64,000 nucleotides of DNA from Phoronis australis. Lineage: Eukaryota > Animalia > Phoronida. Location of the stretch: NCBI GenBank assembly GCA_002633005.1, contig NMRA01000187.1, positions 92,191-156,190 on the forward strand, written 5' to 3'. How positions within the stretch are numbered: position 1 is the stretch's first letter; each line of letters begins with the position of its first letter. The position numbers and the translations under genes are program-made. The notes under the pieces are model-generated. The model saw nothing but the letters and a program-made list of their open reading frames with translations. It searched no databases and was not told where the DNA came from. This document shows positions 1-13,600 of this stretch, one piece after another.

Positions 1-249
1 TCATTCACACGCTGATTGATCATTCACACGCTGATTGATCATTCACACGCTGATTGATCATTCACACGCTGATTGATCATTCACACGCTGATTGATCATT
101 CACACGCTGATTGATGTCATTCACACGCTGATTGATCATTCACACGCTGATTGATCATTCACACGCTGGTTGATCATTCACACGCTGATTGATCATTCAC
201 ACGCTGATTGATCATTCACACGCTGGTTGATCATTCACACACTGATTGA
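1..249. repeat. 19-bp minisatellite (TCATTCACACGCTGATTGA), about 13 copies
   Basis: direct reading. Confidence 0.95.
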
Positions 250-351
250 CTTTCATTTAATACATTAAACTTTTCTGTTCATCATTGTATGCTTTAACTC
301 GGGGGAGGACAACGGTGCCCAGTCACCAGCAACTCACTCTAATTAAAACAT

Positions 352-1540
352 ACAAGAGCAACATGGAGTATTGAATTGAGCCCATGACAGCACCGCAAAC
401 AGCCTGCTTTTCCGGTGTTTTTGGTATCGTAGAAATGGCCATTAATGGCACAGAATACATCAAGCCCAAACATACTCTTTTAAGAATATGTATGGGCTTG
501 AAGTATTTTAAAAAAGGTGATGCCATATTTGTGATTTAAAACTACCCTATTAGTCAAATTTCACAACAATTCTCCTAAGATATAGAGGCAAGCGTAAAAA
601 CAATGGACACTAGGGGACACAGCTATAGTCTGATTGGTCTGACACTCAACGTCATCTGTTGCCATTTCTACAGCCCACCTGCCAAATTTTGCGAAGATCC
701 TTCAAAGGATTAAGAAGATACAGCCTTAGATGCAACATTGTCCAAAATCTTCAAAAACTTCTCAAAATCAATATCAGCCGAGGTCTTCGCATCAGGAATA
801 CAATCATCAATTTTCATAACTACCCATTGACTGGTTACGCAGACATCAAAAACATACGCAAAAGTTTTCAAATGATAGTGCAGATTTTCCATTAAGGAAC
901 TCCAAACACACAGAGGAAAATGTAAAAAAATAAAATTGCCACATTTAGGGGCACACAAATCGTCAGACTGGACTGAACTTCGTCACCATCTGTTGTCAGC
1001 TCAATATAAACACACCTGCCGTATAACAAAGTTCTTGCAAAGGGTTAAGGAGATACTGCCGCAGACAAAAATAACAAATCCCTGATGGTGCCAGAGTAAT
1101 GAAACCTGTCAGAAAGTCAACGTCAGCCGTGATATCCTAATCAAGAACACAAATGCCAATAGTCATAGTGATTCTTGTTGGCAAATAAAAGGCAGATGAA
1201 AAAATGGACTCAGAAATTTAAAAAAATGGCCACTATATGGGGCAGAATTGCTGAAACTTTCCAAGACTGGAAAAGTGTTGTCGTTTCGTTAAGGGAAACC
1301 TATCTGCAAATTTTACACAGGAAACCATCAAAAATAAATTGCTACTAGGGGACACAGCAGTAGTGGGATCGGTTCTAACTCCCTCGCCACCCATTGCCAG
1401 CTTCATAGGAACCCATCTACCAAATCTCATTGAGATCCTCTGAGAGTTTAGGAAATAAAACTGCAGTCGCCAGATACCTGTACATCCAGGCAGAGATGAC
1501 GGCAACATGCGCCCAAGTGTAATATGTGGTTGCATAAAAA
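352..1540 (+). mobile_element. non-autonomous Helentron-type (HINE/DINE-1-like) element, copy 1
   Basis: starts ACAAGAGCAAC, degenerate internal subrepeats (AAAATGGCCACTA), ends with ATATGTGGTTGCATAAAAA; homologous to copies at 14311 and 30407. Confidence 0.65.
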
Positions 1541-1606
1541 TTCAACCAAACCCAAAACACATACTCCATGAAATGCCAAGTCTACCATGTTCACCTTAAA
1601 ACTCAC

Positions 1607-1660
1607 ATTTGACTCTGCAACAGCAGTTTCAAAAATTTCCATGGCTTCATCAGCAAGCTC
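1607..1660 (-). CDS. desulfurase-like exon 17 (ELADEAMEIFETAVAESN)
   Basis: tttcag acceptor, gtgagt donor, phase 0-0. Confidence 0.7.
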
Positions 1661-4600
1661 CTGAAACAAGATAACACAAAACTATGCCTGAGTAACAGAA
1701 CAAAACGGTACAAACCTAAAGTAAAGCATACTTGAGTTTGATAAGGCAACTTATATCTTGCAAGCCTGTTATAGCACGCAAGATGACACTTAGTGAAAGC
1801 CAAGACCTTTCTGGAACTTCTCTTGTATGGCCGCAACCTTTTTGGCATACACCAGTAAAGTGCATACAGCAGAGAACTTAGATATCTACACCAGGAAGTT
1901 CAGTTCTAGCATTAAACAGTATATAGCAAAGGTCACACACTTACATACAACCAGTCATGAAAGAGTCCGCAACCTGTCGTCAAGGAACGAGTTGGCAGAC
2001 TGTTGTCGATCGGTTGGAAATAGCAAATATTTAGCAGACATGAAGCTGACCGCACAACCGGTTGAAACAGACCGCATAGTCTAATTCAACAGAGCTTGTT
2101 GGAGCAGAACACGCATCCAAACTTCAACAGATCCCGTTGAACCAGAGCACAGAGCCAACATCAACAGAGCCTGTCCAAGCAGATGACACAACCAACGTCA
2201 ACACAACCTATTGAAGCAGACAGCACAACCTAGTTCAACAGAGCCTGTTGAATATTCCCTGCCGTGTGTCCTGCTACGTCCAGTTATCATTTCCATCAAT
2301 TTCCACGTAATTTTGTAAAATGTTCTTGCAAGGCAAGACGTCAAAACTACGGCAATGGTTGTGGAACCACACTTACTGAGAGTTGTTGATAATTTGTCGA
2401 AAATGAAATGTCTAGCTGAAGAAAAGTGGACATGTAGTCAATGTCAGATACAATATTGCAAACTGATCCATATCAGTGAACATGCTCCTAGACAACCCAT
2501 TTCAATGTTGGATTCTGTGCACATGAAAAACTGTATCACTGCAGGCTCTATCCTGCACTGCAGGCTCTATCCTGCACTGCAAAAACGAAGCCCAATATAG
2601 CACACTGACATTCACTTCATCCAAGCAGTTTTGTGTAATAATGCAGAATATTACGGTCATTAACTTACGTCAAAGCTTTTGTCACACTCAAGGATTGGAG
2701 ACATGTTACTGTCGACAGTCAGACCATCTTCATATGTATAGGTGATATCATGTAGACTGAAGAATGGTTGGTCGTGTCTACCCATAAAACTCTTGTGTTT
2801 CCACGAGCCTTTGTGTGGATCGAATGTATACTGAGGAAATGGAAAGATGATGTTTGTAAATGTACTTATATCTATCTCATACAAGAAATAGAAGTTCAGT
2901 TCACGAGTATACAGAAAAAAATATGAAATTACCAACTACTATTTACCAACTACTATTTACCAACTACTATTTACCAACTACCATTTACCAACTACCATTT
3001 ACCAACTACTATTTACCAACTACTATTTACCAACTACTATTTACCAACTACTATTTACCAACTACTATTTACTTAGAGGAAGAGCTCAAAATACATGGAG
3101 GATTGGATAATTAGGGAATGGCTTGGTGATATTAGCATACAATTCTGGTTATAATTAGGGTGTGGCTTGGTGATATTAGCATACAATTCTGGTTATAATT
3201 AGGGTGTGGCTTGGTGATATTAGCATACAATTCTGGTTAATGATGATTGACACCCAACGATGATTCATGACTAACACCCAATGCTGGTTGGAGAAATATC
3301 CAAAAAATCAAAAGCTTATTTGATAGAAATACACAATATCGAAGATTTTATGCTGGTATATATTGTTAGTCCACCCTTTCATCCTGATAGCCTAATGTTG
3401 AAAATCTATTTTGGATTTCGTAAGTGCAACTTTCGATTAACTTCAAAAAGCGTTTTAATGATACGTTTTCATAGTTTTTCAAAATGACTTAGAAGTCAAA
3501 AGTCATGCATCTGAACTAAAAGCTATGTATCTGAACTAAAAAACCTTAACAAATGGTCAAGTTAACAGGTAAAGTAAAGTATGTAGAGCATAACAGATAT
3601 CGAATTAATTTTAAAAGAAACAGGTTGGCATTGTGAGGGGTATACCTGGGGTAATAACTTCCATCCATGTTTGGCCACCATGTCGACTGCTTCTAACACA
3701 TAGTGTACGCTGTCATCACACATGAAATAAGGAATGTTGAGTCGAGTGAAGCCTGGCCTGTCAAAACCACACAGATGTAACAATGAGTCTGAGACATGAT
3801 TTCAGGTAGGTAAATATTTAATATGTATGTTATGAGTGGACCTGTGTCAGAATGGTGCAGGAATAAATCTATTTCATTCATAGCAGCTCTGCTGTAGTTA
3901 TGTTTAAGTTTAACAAACCTACACGTTACATTACCACCCCGACTAACTCGCGATCGAGAACGCCCAGAAGGTGATCGAGAATGAGACCTTGCACCAAAAA
4001 ATGGCAGATGACAGTGACGTACCCGGTGAGTTTAAGTGCCATAGTTTCTTCTTAAATGGAGGATACTTTGGTACGAATGCTACACACAGAAAAGCGTCAG
4101 AGTGTAACCTTTGTTGTGGATCAGAAATAATATTTGGCTTTTGCTTATTTTTAAAACAAAGAGCAATGGGTTTCTGTAAAATGCCTCGTGCCTCGTAAAA
4201 TCGACAATTTCTACTTGTTATTAGAAATTCCAGGGTTCTTTAAGTAGAAAGTTGTGACGTTTATAGTTTAATCGTCCCTGGTGACACCTTTGTTAGTTAT
4301 AATTTGCGACACAATTCGAGATATTTACCAATACACGCAGGTCCTCGTGTGAGACGGCAATCGGGAACGAAGTTGTTAATTCTCTATGGCGAAGGTGAAC
4401 GCAAGAGGACATTAAAACAGTTTTACATTTCTATTATCCACAAACCCTTTTAATTCTCTCCGCAGCCAACTGGTTAATGTCAAGGACAAGACCCCCAAGG
4501 GTAATAAATCTTGTGTTGTCTATGGTGTCCAGTGTAAGGATGTCCAGTGCTCAGACAGTTACATTGGTGAAACGAAACGGCCAATTAAAATGCGTTTGTC

Positions 4601-7600
4601 ACAACATCGTCGTCCTAGTTTCGGGGACACTTATGATTCAGCTATTTTTATCCACATGTACGCTACTGGACATGATTTCAATACGGATGATGTTACTATC
4701 ATAGACTGTGAGGATTACTGGTTCAAAAGGGGTGTAAAAGAAGCTCTCCATTAGCGCATTGAGAGTCCCTCTTTAAATAAAAGAGCCGGTTTACGATTCG
4801 ATTTGTCACACGTACATGTATGGGATGGTGTGCTGACGTCAATGCTGCGCCGTTTACCCAAAACGCCACCAATTGGCCAGAATAACGATAACGTCACAAG
4901 CCAAGCTGAAGTCCGTGAGATCACATCAGCCACGACTTCCAACCATTGTGGTTACACAGCTGTCTCTGGTATATGAGTACACTGTCACATTGTGGTTACA
5001 CAGCTGTCTCTGGTATATGAGTACACTGGCACATTGTGGTTACACAGCTGTCACTGGTATATGAGTACACTGTCACATTGTGGTTACACAGCTGTCACTG
5101 GTATATGAGTACACTGTCACATTGTGGTTACACAGCTGTCTCTGGTATATGAGTACACTGTCACATTGTGGTTACACAGCTGTCTCTGGTATATGAGTAC
5201 ACTGGCACATTGTGGTTACACAGCTGTCTCTGGCATATGAGTACACTGGCACATTGACAAAGATTTGTGACTGATTTTGGATAGTCTAGAGCCAATTACT
5301 TTAATCTGACATCGCCACAAAAAGTAATATGTTTAGTAGTCATAATTATAACAAATGCTTACTTCATGATTTCTAATGTTTTCTTGATCTTTTGTGAACC
5401 ATTTGATCGTCCGTCCCTAAAAGAACACAAATTCGGAAATGACTAAAGACAAAAACAACATAATGAAATAAATCCTGTAAAATACATTTGCATGGTGTAC
5501 CCCTTCAATCAAAAGGAAAAACAATGAAGGGCCTCGTAACAACAAGGGGCCTTGTTAAATGAAGAGGCCTTGTTACATGAAGAGGCCTTGTTACATGAAG
5601 AAGCCTTGTTACATGAAGAGGCCTTGTTACATGAAGAGGCCTTGTTACATGAAGAGGCCTTGTTACATGAAGAAGCCTTGTTACACGAAGGGAAGTCATT
5701 ACATGAAGAGCGCTCTTCTTACATGAACGGGCCTCTCGTTACACGCAGAAAGCTGAACCTGACTTCGCGGCCGCCAACGAGTAAGTTGATTTACAGTTTC
5801 GCGGCTAATTCACCAAAAAATCACATTATTGCCTATTATTTCATTGGATCTCTAGTACAGTCTTTTCGTAAGTGAAAGTTAAGTTTCCAACTTTTGCTGG
5901 TTTATTTATGTTTATGACTGTCTTCAGTTCGGCTGCGACGGGCCTGATTGGCTTCCAAGACACAGGCCACGATAACAAGCGTTTTGTATGTTTAGAACTG
6001 AAAAAAATCGCAAGTCAAAAATTACAACACACAGTAAGAATGTTATGAACTGCTGAACAGACTGCGTTCGAACCTGTGACATCATTGTTTAATTTCAACA
6101 CCTACATATGTCTGTCGAACTCGATCTAATTTCATACAACATAGGTTGTTTATTGGGTGACATTTTCCTTTAACTTTAAATCAAAACTATATTAAAACTC
6201 TTTTAAATCTAAATCAAAACTGTATTAAAACTCTATTAACCCTAAGACAAAACTTCATTAAAACTCTCAATGCCCAGAGCGGTTTTTGAGCATCGGCAAT
6301 GCAAGCCAAATATTTCATACTGAGAAAGTGCATCTTTGAAAAGAAAAACCAACACTTGTCGGGAACAGTCTTTGTGCGCCGACAGCGCACATTTCTTATT
6401 GGGAGCCAGATTTTCAAAAATTAATCGCGCAGACTATTTGAGTCTCATTGACCTGCAATTATACTACATGACCAAGCCAGCAATGTTGATACTACAACCG
6501 CTCAAAATGTACACCCACGAAATTCGGACACTAGCGGAAACCCAAATTTGGAGTTCCGCCAAATTCAGACACCAAAAAAATGATGTTTCACGAGATTCAT
6601 CCAAGAATGAATTTTTTCAAATGGAATTAATTTTCAGTGTCCGAAAATCGCGCAATTGTACCGTATTTAGACTGTTCAACAGTGATTTGCTGTGAAAGCA
6701 AACTCTAGTCTGTACAACAGTAAATCGCTTGTAACACATTGTTTAGTCTATTGAGCAGTGACTCGCTGTGAACAAAGTGCTTAGTTTGCTTGAGAGTGAG
6801 AAATTGCTTACCGTATTTAGACTGTTCAACAGTGACTCGCGGTGAAGATGTTGTATAGTCTATTCAACAGTGACTCGCGGTGAAGATGTTGTATAGTCTA
6901 TTCAACAGTGACTCGCGGTGAAGATGTTGTATAGTCTATTCAACAGTGACTCGCGGTGAAGATGTTGTATAGTCTATTCAACAGTGAGCTACTTTAATGA
7001 TTGGTCTATTCAACATTGAAGATATTTAGTTTGCTAAATGGTAAGTCACTGTTAAGACATTGTTTAGTCTGTTTAACAGACACTCAGTGTGAACACATTA
7101 CTCAGTTCAACAATAAGTCACTGTGAACCAATAATGAGTCACTGTGAACATATTGTTTAGTCTGTTCAACATGGACTCACTCTGAACACACAATCTAGTC
7201 TGTTCAATGGTCACTCACTATGAACACACAATCTAGTATGTTCAACAGTGAATCACTGTTAACAAACTGTTTAGTCTTTTCAACAGTGACTCACTGTGAG
7301 CATCCTGTTTAGTCTGTTGAACAGTGATTCACTGTTGATATTCTTTCCAGTCTTTTCAACAGGGACTAACTGCGAACACCCTGTCTAGTCTTTTCAACTG
7401 TCATTCACCACGAACACACTGTGTAGTTTGTTCAACTTGTGTACACTTACTGTTGAGTGTCCTCTACAAGAAGCTGCGTGTACTTCTGTGCCATTGACTC
7501 TGCAAGTCCAAGAAGATCCTGAAATAAGACCCAAAATTGAAAGCCTATGAAAGCATACACTACATAACCCTTGAACTATTAAGGGTATCTGAAACCTTAT

Positions 7601-10600
7601 ACGCAAAAATTGGCCATTTTTACAATATTTGACATGTGTCTAGCAAAATACCTCCTTATCTTCATTCTTAGGGAACTTCAAATACAAACTATATACTGCA
7701 TAGCAAGAAAAAAGATATAAGAGAACCTTGAAATCGCTCAGCTGCATGGATATTTGTTTACTACTTATCCCAGGTCAAAAGCTTTCAATTGAATCGAATC
7801 TCCTGCTAGGTACAGAACAAGTTCATATACCTCAGTCCTTTCGTTCACTAAGTCGCCATAACACTGAGTCGATGAGGCGTACTTATGACAGAATGGTAGT
7901 GGGAAAACAAAGGCAAACATAGTTTTGATGCTAAGGGAGTGCATACGACCAATGGTGTTGAGAACGAATGCTACGAGTCACATCAGACATTTGTTGTCAT
8001 GAACACAGCAAGTTTTGAAAAGAAATAAATTCACACCAGAATTCCTTAATTCAATTAATTAAATTGACAATTCGATGTTTCGATCTCATGCTAATGACAT
8101 GCTTTAACCACCGATTCCATTTTTGTTATCCATTTCTCACTTGGTTTCGTATCAGTTTCCCAGCACATGACGTGCACAGGCTATGTCTACAACAATGAAC
8201 TGCAACCTACTTAAAAAGTAGGTCACAAACAACAGTAACAGTTGATCCCAACGCGTGCTGGGAATGGTACGTTTTAATGATAATTAAGTTATTTACGCAC
8301 CGCAAAATCACTTGACATTGCAAGTGAATGTTGAAATAGCTAACATAGTAAAGGCTTGTATACATGTAAGTTATTTGTACTGAAAACAAGTTTTCACTAA
8401 ATAATTAACCAAAGATTTTCACTCGGCCCAGCGTAATCGTTTTACTCTCGGCTTCGGCAAGTCGAAAACAGCTTGGTGGATTTCACTAAAATTTTCCAAA
8501 CGCTATTAGCATTTTTGATGTAAAGGCCTAATTTTTGCATAATGTAACAACGACAAATACAACTTCCATATTTTACAAAAATACCTTTTGCAAGTGGATT
8601 TGTCACAGAAACCAAACAAAAAGACTAATCCAAAATTCCAAACAGCATTTTTTAGATAACTGGAGAAGTTTCCGTTTAAAAAAGGTTTCATTAAAATTGA
8701 CTGATTGCTTATTTTGCTATGAAGTCATTGTACCTTTCTTAAAAATGAAATTTTGACTTAAAAAAGGTTTTTACATAAAAATAATAATGGTACATTTATT
8801 GATACAAAAAGTATTTTTATTTTCCCTGTTACTTTCTTTCAGAAAATATTATATACTTTTACAAGTTTACAAAACTTAGTTTTTTGATATGCAGGTTAGA
8901 ATGGAGGCCACTAAATAAGGTCTGAAATAACCTTAATACTGCCTGCCTTCCAGTTACTAAAACTGCTATTGACCATGGTATCAGAGATTAACACCAATTG
9001 GTATGAGATGACTGTCAAGATGTTTTAATTAAGAAGCAATTCCTTAACCTAATTATACACTTATGGTAAAAAGTAAAAAGATAAATGGTGTTACCATGAT
9101 GTAACAGCTCCACTTGAACAAGCAAAATTACGTCAGGGACTTGATTCATCAGATCAGACATGGGAGCTAACTCATCAGATCAGACATGGGAGCTAACTCA
9201 TCAGATCAGACATGGGAGCTAACTCATCAGATCAGACATGGGAGCTAACTCAGCAGATTAGACAGGGGAGCTAACTCATCAAATTAGGTGTGCTCATCTA
9301 CATGATGATGGCGATAGCCCAAAACTCACAAAATAAGCAGTGTAACACATGATTCAATGATGCAGCTTAACTTAACTACCCAGACATAACATACTCAAAC
9401 TAATTTTATTCAACTGCCAGTTAGCAATAGGCTCCAGAACACATCACCATGACGAGTAGATTATGACATTTAGAGGGTAAGTTTTCTCAACCTGAGCTGC
9501 TGACAAAACATAAAACATTTGAGTTCAGTGTAACTTACATAACACGCTCAAGTCGAATGTTCACTGCATTCAGTCAAGTTTTACAAAATGCCGACTTTAC
9601 ATTTTGTACTGAGTCGAACAGAAGACTTATATTTCATTGTAACACATTGCAGATCAGATGGATCCAACTTCTATGAAATTGACCGTATATACAGAGATAC
9701 ACACAAACTACACAATACCTCTGCATATGGTCCAAAACAAGTACATGTATATACAGAGATACACACAAACTACACAATACCTCTGCATATGGTCCAGCAC
9801 AAGTACATGTATATACAGAGATACACACAAACTACACAATACCTCTGCATATGGTCCAAAACAAGTACATGTTGTATATACAGAGATACACACAAACTAC
9901 ACAATACCTCTGCATATGGTCCCACACAAGTACATGTATATACAGAGATACACACAAACTACACAATACCTCTGCATATGGTCCAGCACAAGCACATCCC
10001 CCTCGAGCTTGTATTCCATAGAGATCACTTAACAAGGTAGAGACATAGTTATGGTGGAGGTAGGTGCCTGTCTCTGGGTGTTTAATGAGGAAGGAAAATA
10101 CAGGAAGGCGCTTGAGGCTTGTACTGCCCAGGATTGACAGGTTGGGGTTTTCTTCTGAACACCAAACTTGTAGGGCTTTCCTGGAAATAACAAAGCATGT
10201 GCAGCTTTCCCAGAAGTAACAAACTTGTAAAGCTTTAGACACAGGAAGATTGAAGAATGAACAGGTTTAAACTTAGTGTACAATCAATCCGTCCTAAAGC
10301 ATATTGAAGACACGTTTCTTTAAATAGGTCAAGACTGTCCAAGGAAATCAACATAGAAGCAAGCACAAGCGGGTGAAACAGACATTGCATCATGTGAATG
10401 GAAAAACTATTAACAAAAACCAGCAGATTCTAAAATAAAGCACAATACCTTTTATTAAGTGTATTCACTATATGCTTCTCAGACCTATGTCTATGTGTTA
10501 AACAATAGGTTCCCAGACCTATGTGGGTGTTAAACAATAGGTTCCCAGACCTATGTGGGTGTTAAACAATAGGCTCCCAGACCTATGTATATGTGTTAAA

Positions 10601-13600
10601 CAATAGGCTCCCAGACCTATGTCCATGTGTTAAACAATAGGCTCCCAGACCTATGTGGGTGTTAAACAATAGGCTCCCAGACCTATGTGGGTGTTAAACA
10701 ATAGGCTCCCAGACCTATGTCCATGTGTTAAACAATAGGCTCCCAGACCTATGTCCATGTGTTAAACAATAGGCTCCCAGACCTATGTCCATGTGTTAAA
10801 CAATAGGCTCCCAGACCTATGTCCATGTGTTCAGCCCCCTTCAATCTGAGAGAATAAGTGTTGCATGCGCTGTGGTTGAATGTTACATTTGGTAATGGTT
10901 GAAGGGCACTATGCATTGACCATCTAGTTGTAAAAAATTGACCATCCGATATTGCGAGCTGACCAACTGGTTGTGTAAACTGACCAGCTGGCTGTGCAAA
11001 CTGACAATTTTGGTTGTAACAAAAACAGTGCTGCCATTAAAAATTGGATTTGAGTAGGGTGATAAAAAACAAGTGTTATATTAAATTTAACTCCAGTAAA
11101 CAATGACTGCTGGCAGGACACAGATATAGAGATTAGGCACTTTAGTAATCAAAGCTCCCCAACAACAATAACAAGACAAGTGTGAACTATAGTATGAGAC
11201 AAGCATAAACAATTATGTGAGACAACCATGATAGCAAGTAGCAGCATATATTAATAAAAACAACATACAGTTTTAAATCTACTAGGCATGTTTCCGTGTC
11301 ATTTATTCAAACACCATCATCGGAAGAGAGAATAATAGACCCAGCAGAAACAACAAAGGAGCTTAAAATCCGTGAGGCTCTACACATCAGTTGGTGCAAG
11401 CCCAATCTCAATAGGCAACTGACACACCACAGGTTGTCATTGTTAGTCTAGTTTATTGTCACTCCCTGTAACTGACAGTGTCTTTGTTTCACAGGGCTTG
11501 GAATGACCAATGACAAAAAACGCGAATACTTTTACGGCCCAAATCATGCGCGCTACCCAGCCTTGAAATGGTCGATGTGAACCTTTCCCCGACAAAAATC
11601 GGGAGGACTAAAAAAAAATTTAAAAAAACGTTACCACCATCAGTAGCATGCGTCTGCGTCCCTTTAGCTCGTCCATCCACTCCCAACCCACACATTTTTG
11701 ACTGCAGAGCCGTAGTATTTGTCGCCGCGGTTTACAATAACACGAGACGCCATTGAAAATCCACCACGCTATCCCAGATGCCCCGGCAATGTTGACAATT
11801 TATGTTCCTCCCAAACATAAAGAGCAACTTCCGCTTTTCGAGGTGAACGTCGTCTGCAACACCGCGGTAGGAAATCCGTGTTTCCGCGTAAAATTCCAAG
11901 CCCTGGTTTCATCACTTGTTACTGGGCCTAGCTAGGTGGCCACTGTATGTTCTCTCTTCTGATGATGGTGTTTGAATAAATGACACTGAAACATGTCAAG
12001 TCGATTTAAAACCGTAGTTGTTTTCATCAATAAAATGTGAGACAAGCCTAAACAATGTGGCACAAGTTAACAATAATGAACAATGCGTGACAAGCATGAA
12101 AAATGTGAGACAAGCTTGAACAATAATGAGATAAGCATGACAGAGGGAGAGCACCACATGCATTTATGACAGGGACTGTGGTTTTAGGAATGAAAGCTTA
12201 CGCTAATAAAAAATTTGACTGACAGCTCTGAAGAAGACATACCAGCAGAGTTCATCTTCCTTTTTTGAAATCATGTCAGTGCCAACTGCCTAAAGAAAAT
12301 AACATAAAGCCTAAAGTAGAATCTAGAATATAATGTCACTGGATTTTTTCCATTCCCTCAATGAATTTTGTAAATCACTCAAAACAACCGGGTTAACAGA
12401 AGCATAAATTATTTTCAAAACTAAGCCACAATGCATTTTTCTTGATACAGTGCTGGATCAATGGTGAACACACCGACATATTGACATTACATCAGATGAT
12501 CTAATGTAAGGTAACTCTGCCCACTCTCAGACATTACATCAGATGATCTAATGTAAGGTAACTCTGCCCACTCTCAGACATTACATCAGATGATCTAATG
12601 TAAGGTAACTCTGCCCACTCTCAGACATTTCAGACAATCCCACAGACTAAGGTACTTGTCCTTAGTTTTAAACACTTCTTAACCTAATTCATTTTATTAA
12701 AAGTTAAAAGCTTCAGAACTGTGCTCCAATCAGAAACCAACCCCTGACATGATAAATACACCATGCTTTTCTGAATATAAATAATTGAACTTTTCACTAA
12801 AAGTGTTCAAATGACTCAGTTCAGGGTACCAATAAAATGCAGTGTGGCACAGAAATTGGTTGTGGCTTAAGTGACAGTAAATAACGGTAAGCGAAAGAAA
12901 AAACATTTGGAAGGAATAAGTTTATGTAGACTTTCTTAACCCAAAATAAGTGAGTTCCCATTAATAAAGTCCATTCTGTATACATAATTTCAAGCAGCTA
13001 AAAATAGGAAAATAAGTACCTCTTTCAGCTGAAATATAAGCCCCGCCCTGATTGACTCAATTATGGCAGGAGTGCCTCCCTCTTCACGTGTTTCTATGTC
13101 CTTCACATATGAGTGAGTGTCTCGCGTGACCTGAAACAGAACACTGTTTTATGTCATTCACATATGAGTGTCTCGCGTGACCTGAAACAGATCACCACAT
13201 TGAAGCATTGTCCTACAAAGGACCTAATCACAACATGCTACAAATAAACAGGAATCCAACTGTCGTTGCCACACTAGCAAGTGCTACATGTATCACCATA
13301 TGAAACAAGTCACTTATGAATCATCCAAGGAGACTTTGACCAGTCGAGTGACCTGAATATCCAACGGTTTGCCACATTTTGCATCATATGCAATTGGAAA
13401 TACTACGGTTCATTGTAAATTGTTTACTGAAAAAAAAACTTTCCTTTACAGAATTGTTCTGATACTATATCTTGTCGCTGAAAGCTACTTTTTTCTGGCT
13501 GATATTTAAAAAACACAACTAGCAAACACTCAGAGAACCTAAATATCGGACGCCATTTTTTCCCATACACCATCGCGCAGGCAGAATGGTGAATGTTGGC

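Larger units (their letters stand above)
11250..12032 (+). mobile_element. 5'-truncated Penelope-like element with inverted pLTR copy
   Basis: 11332-11451 encodes the GIY-YIG tail ELKIREALHISWCKPNLNRQL; about 11250-11333 is an inverted copy of about 11949-12032. Confidence 0.8.

Noticed and set aside
5505-5875. Repetitive ORFs (HEEALL; also 2860, 9588, 16912, 25192, 26478)
   Set aside because: They are translations of intronic minisatellites
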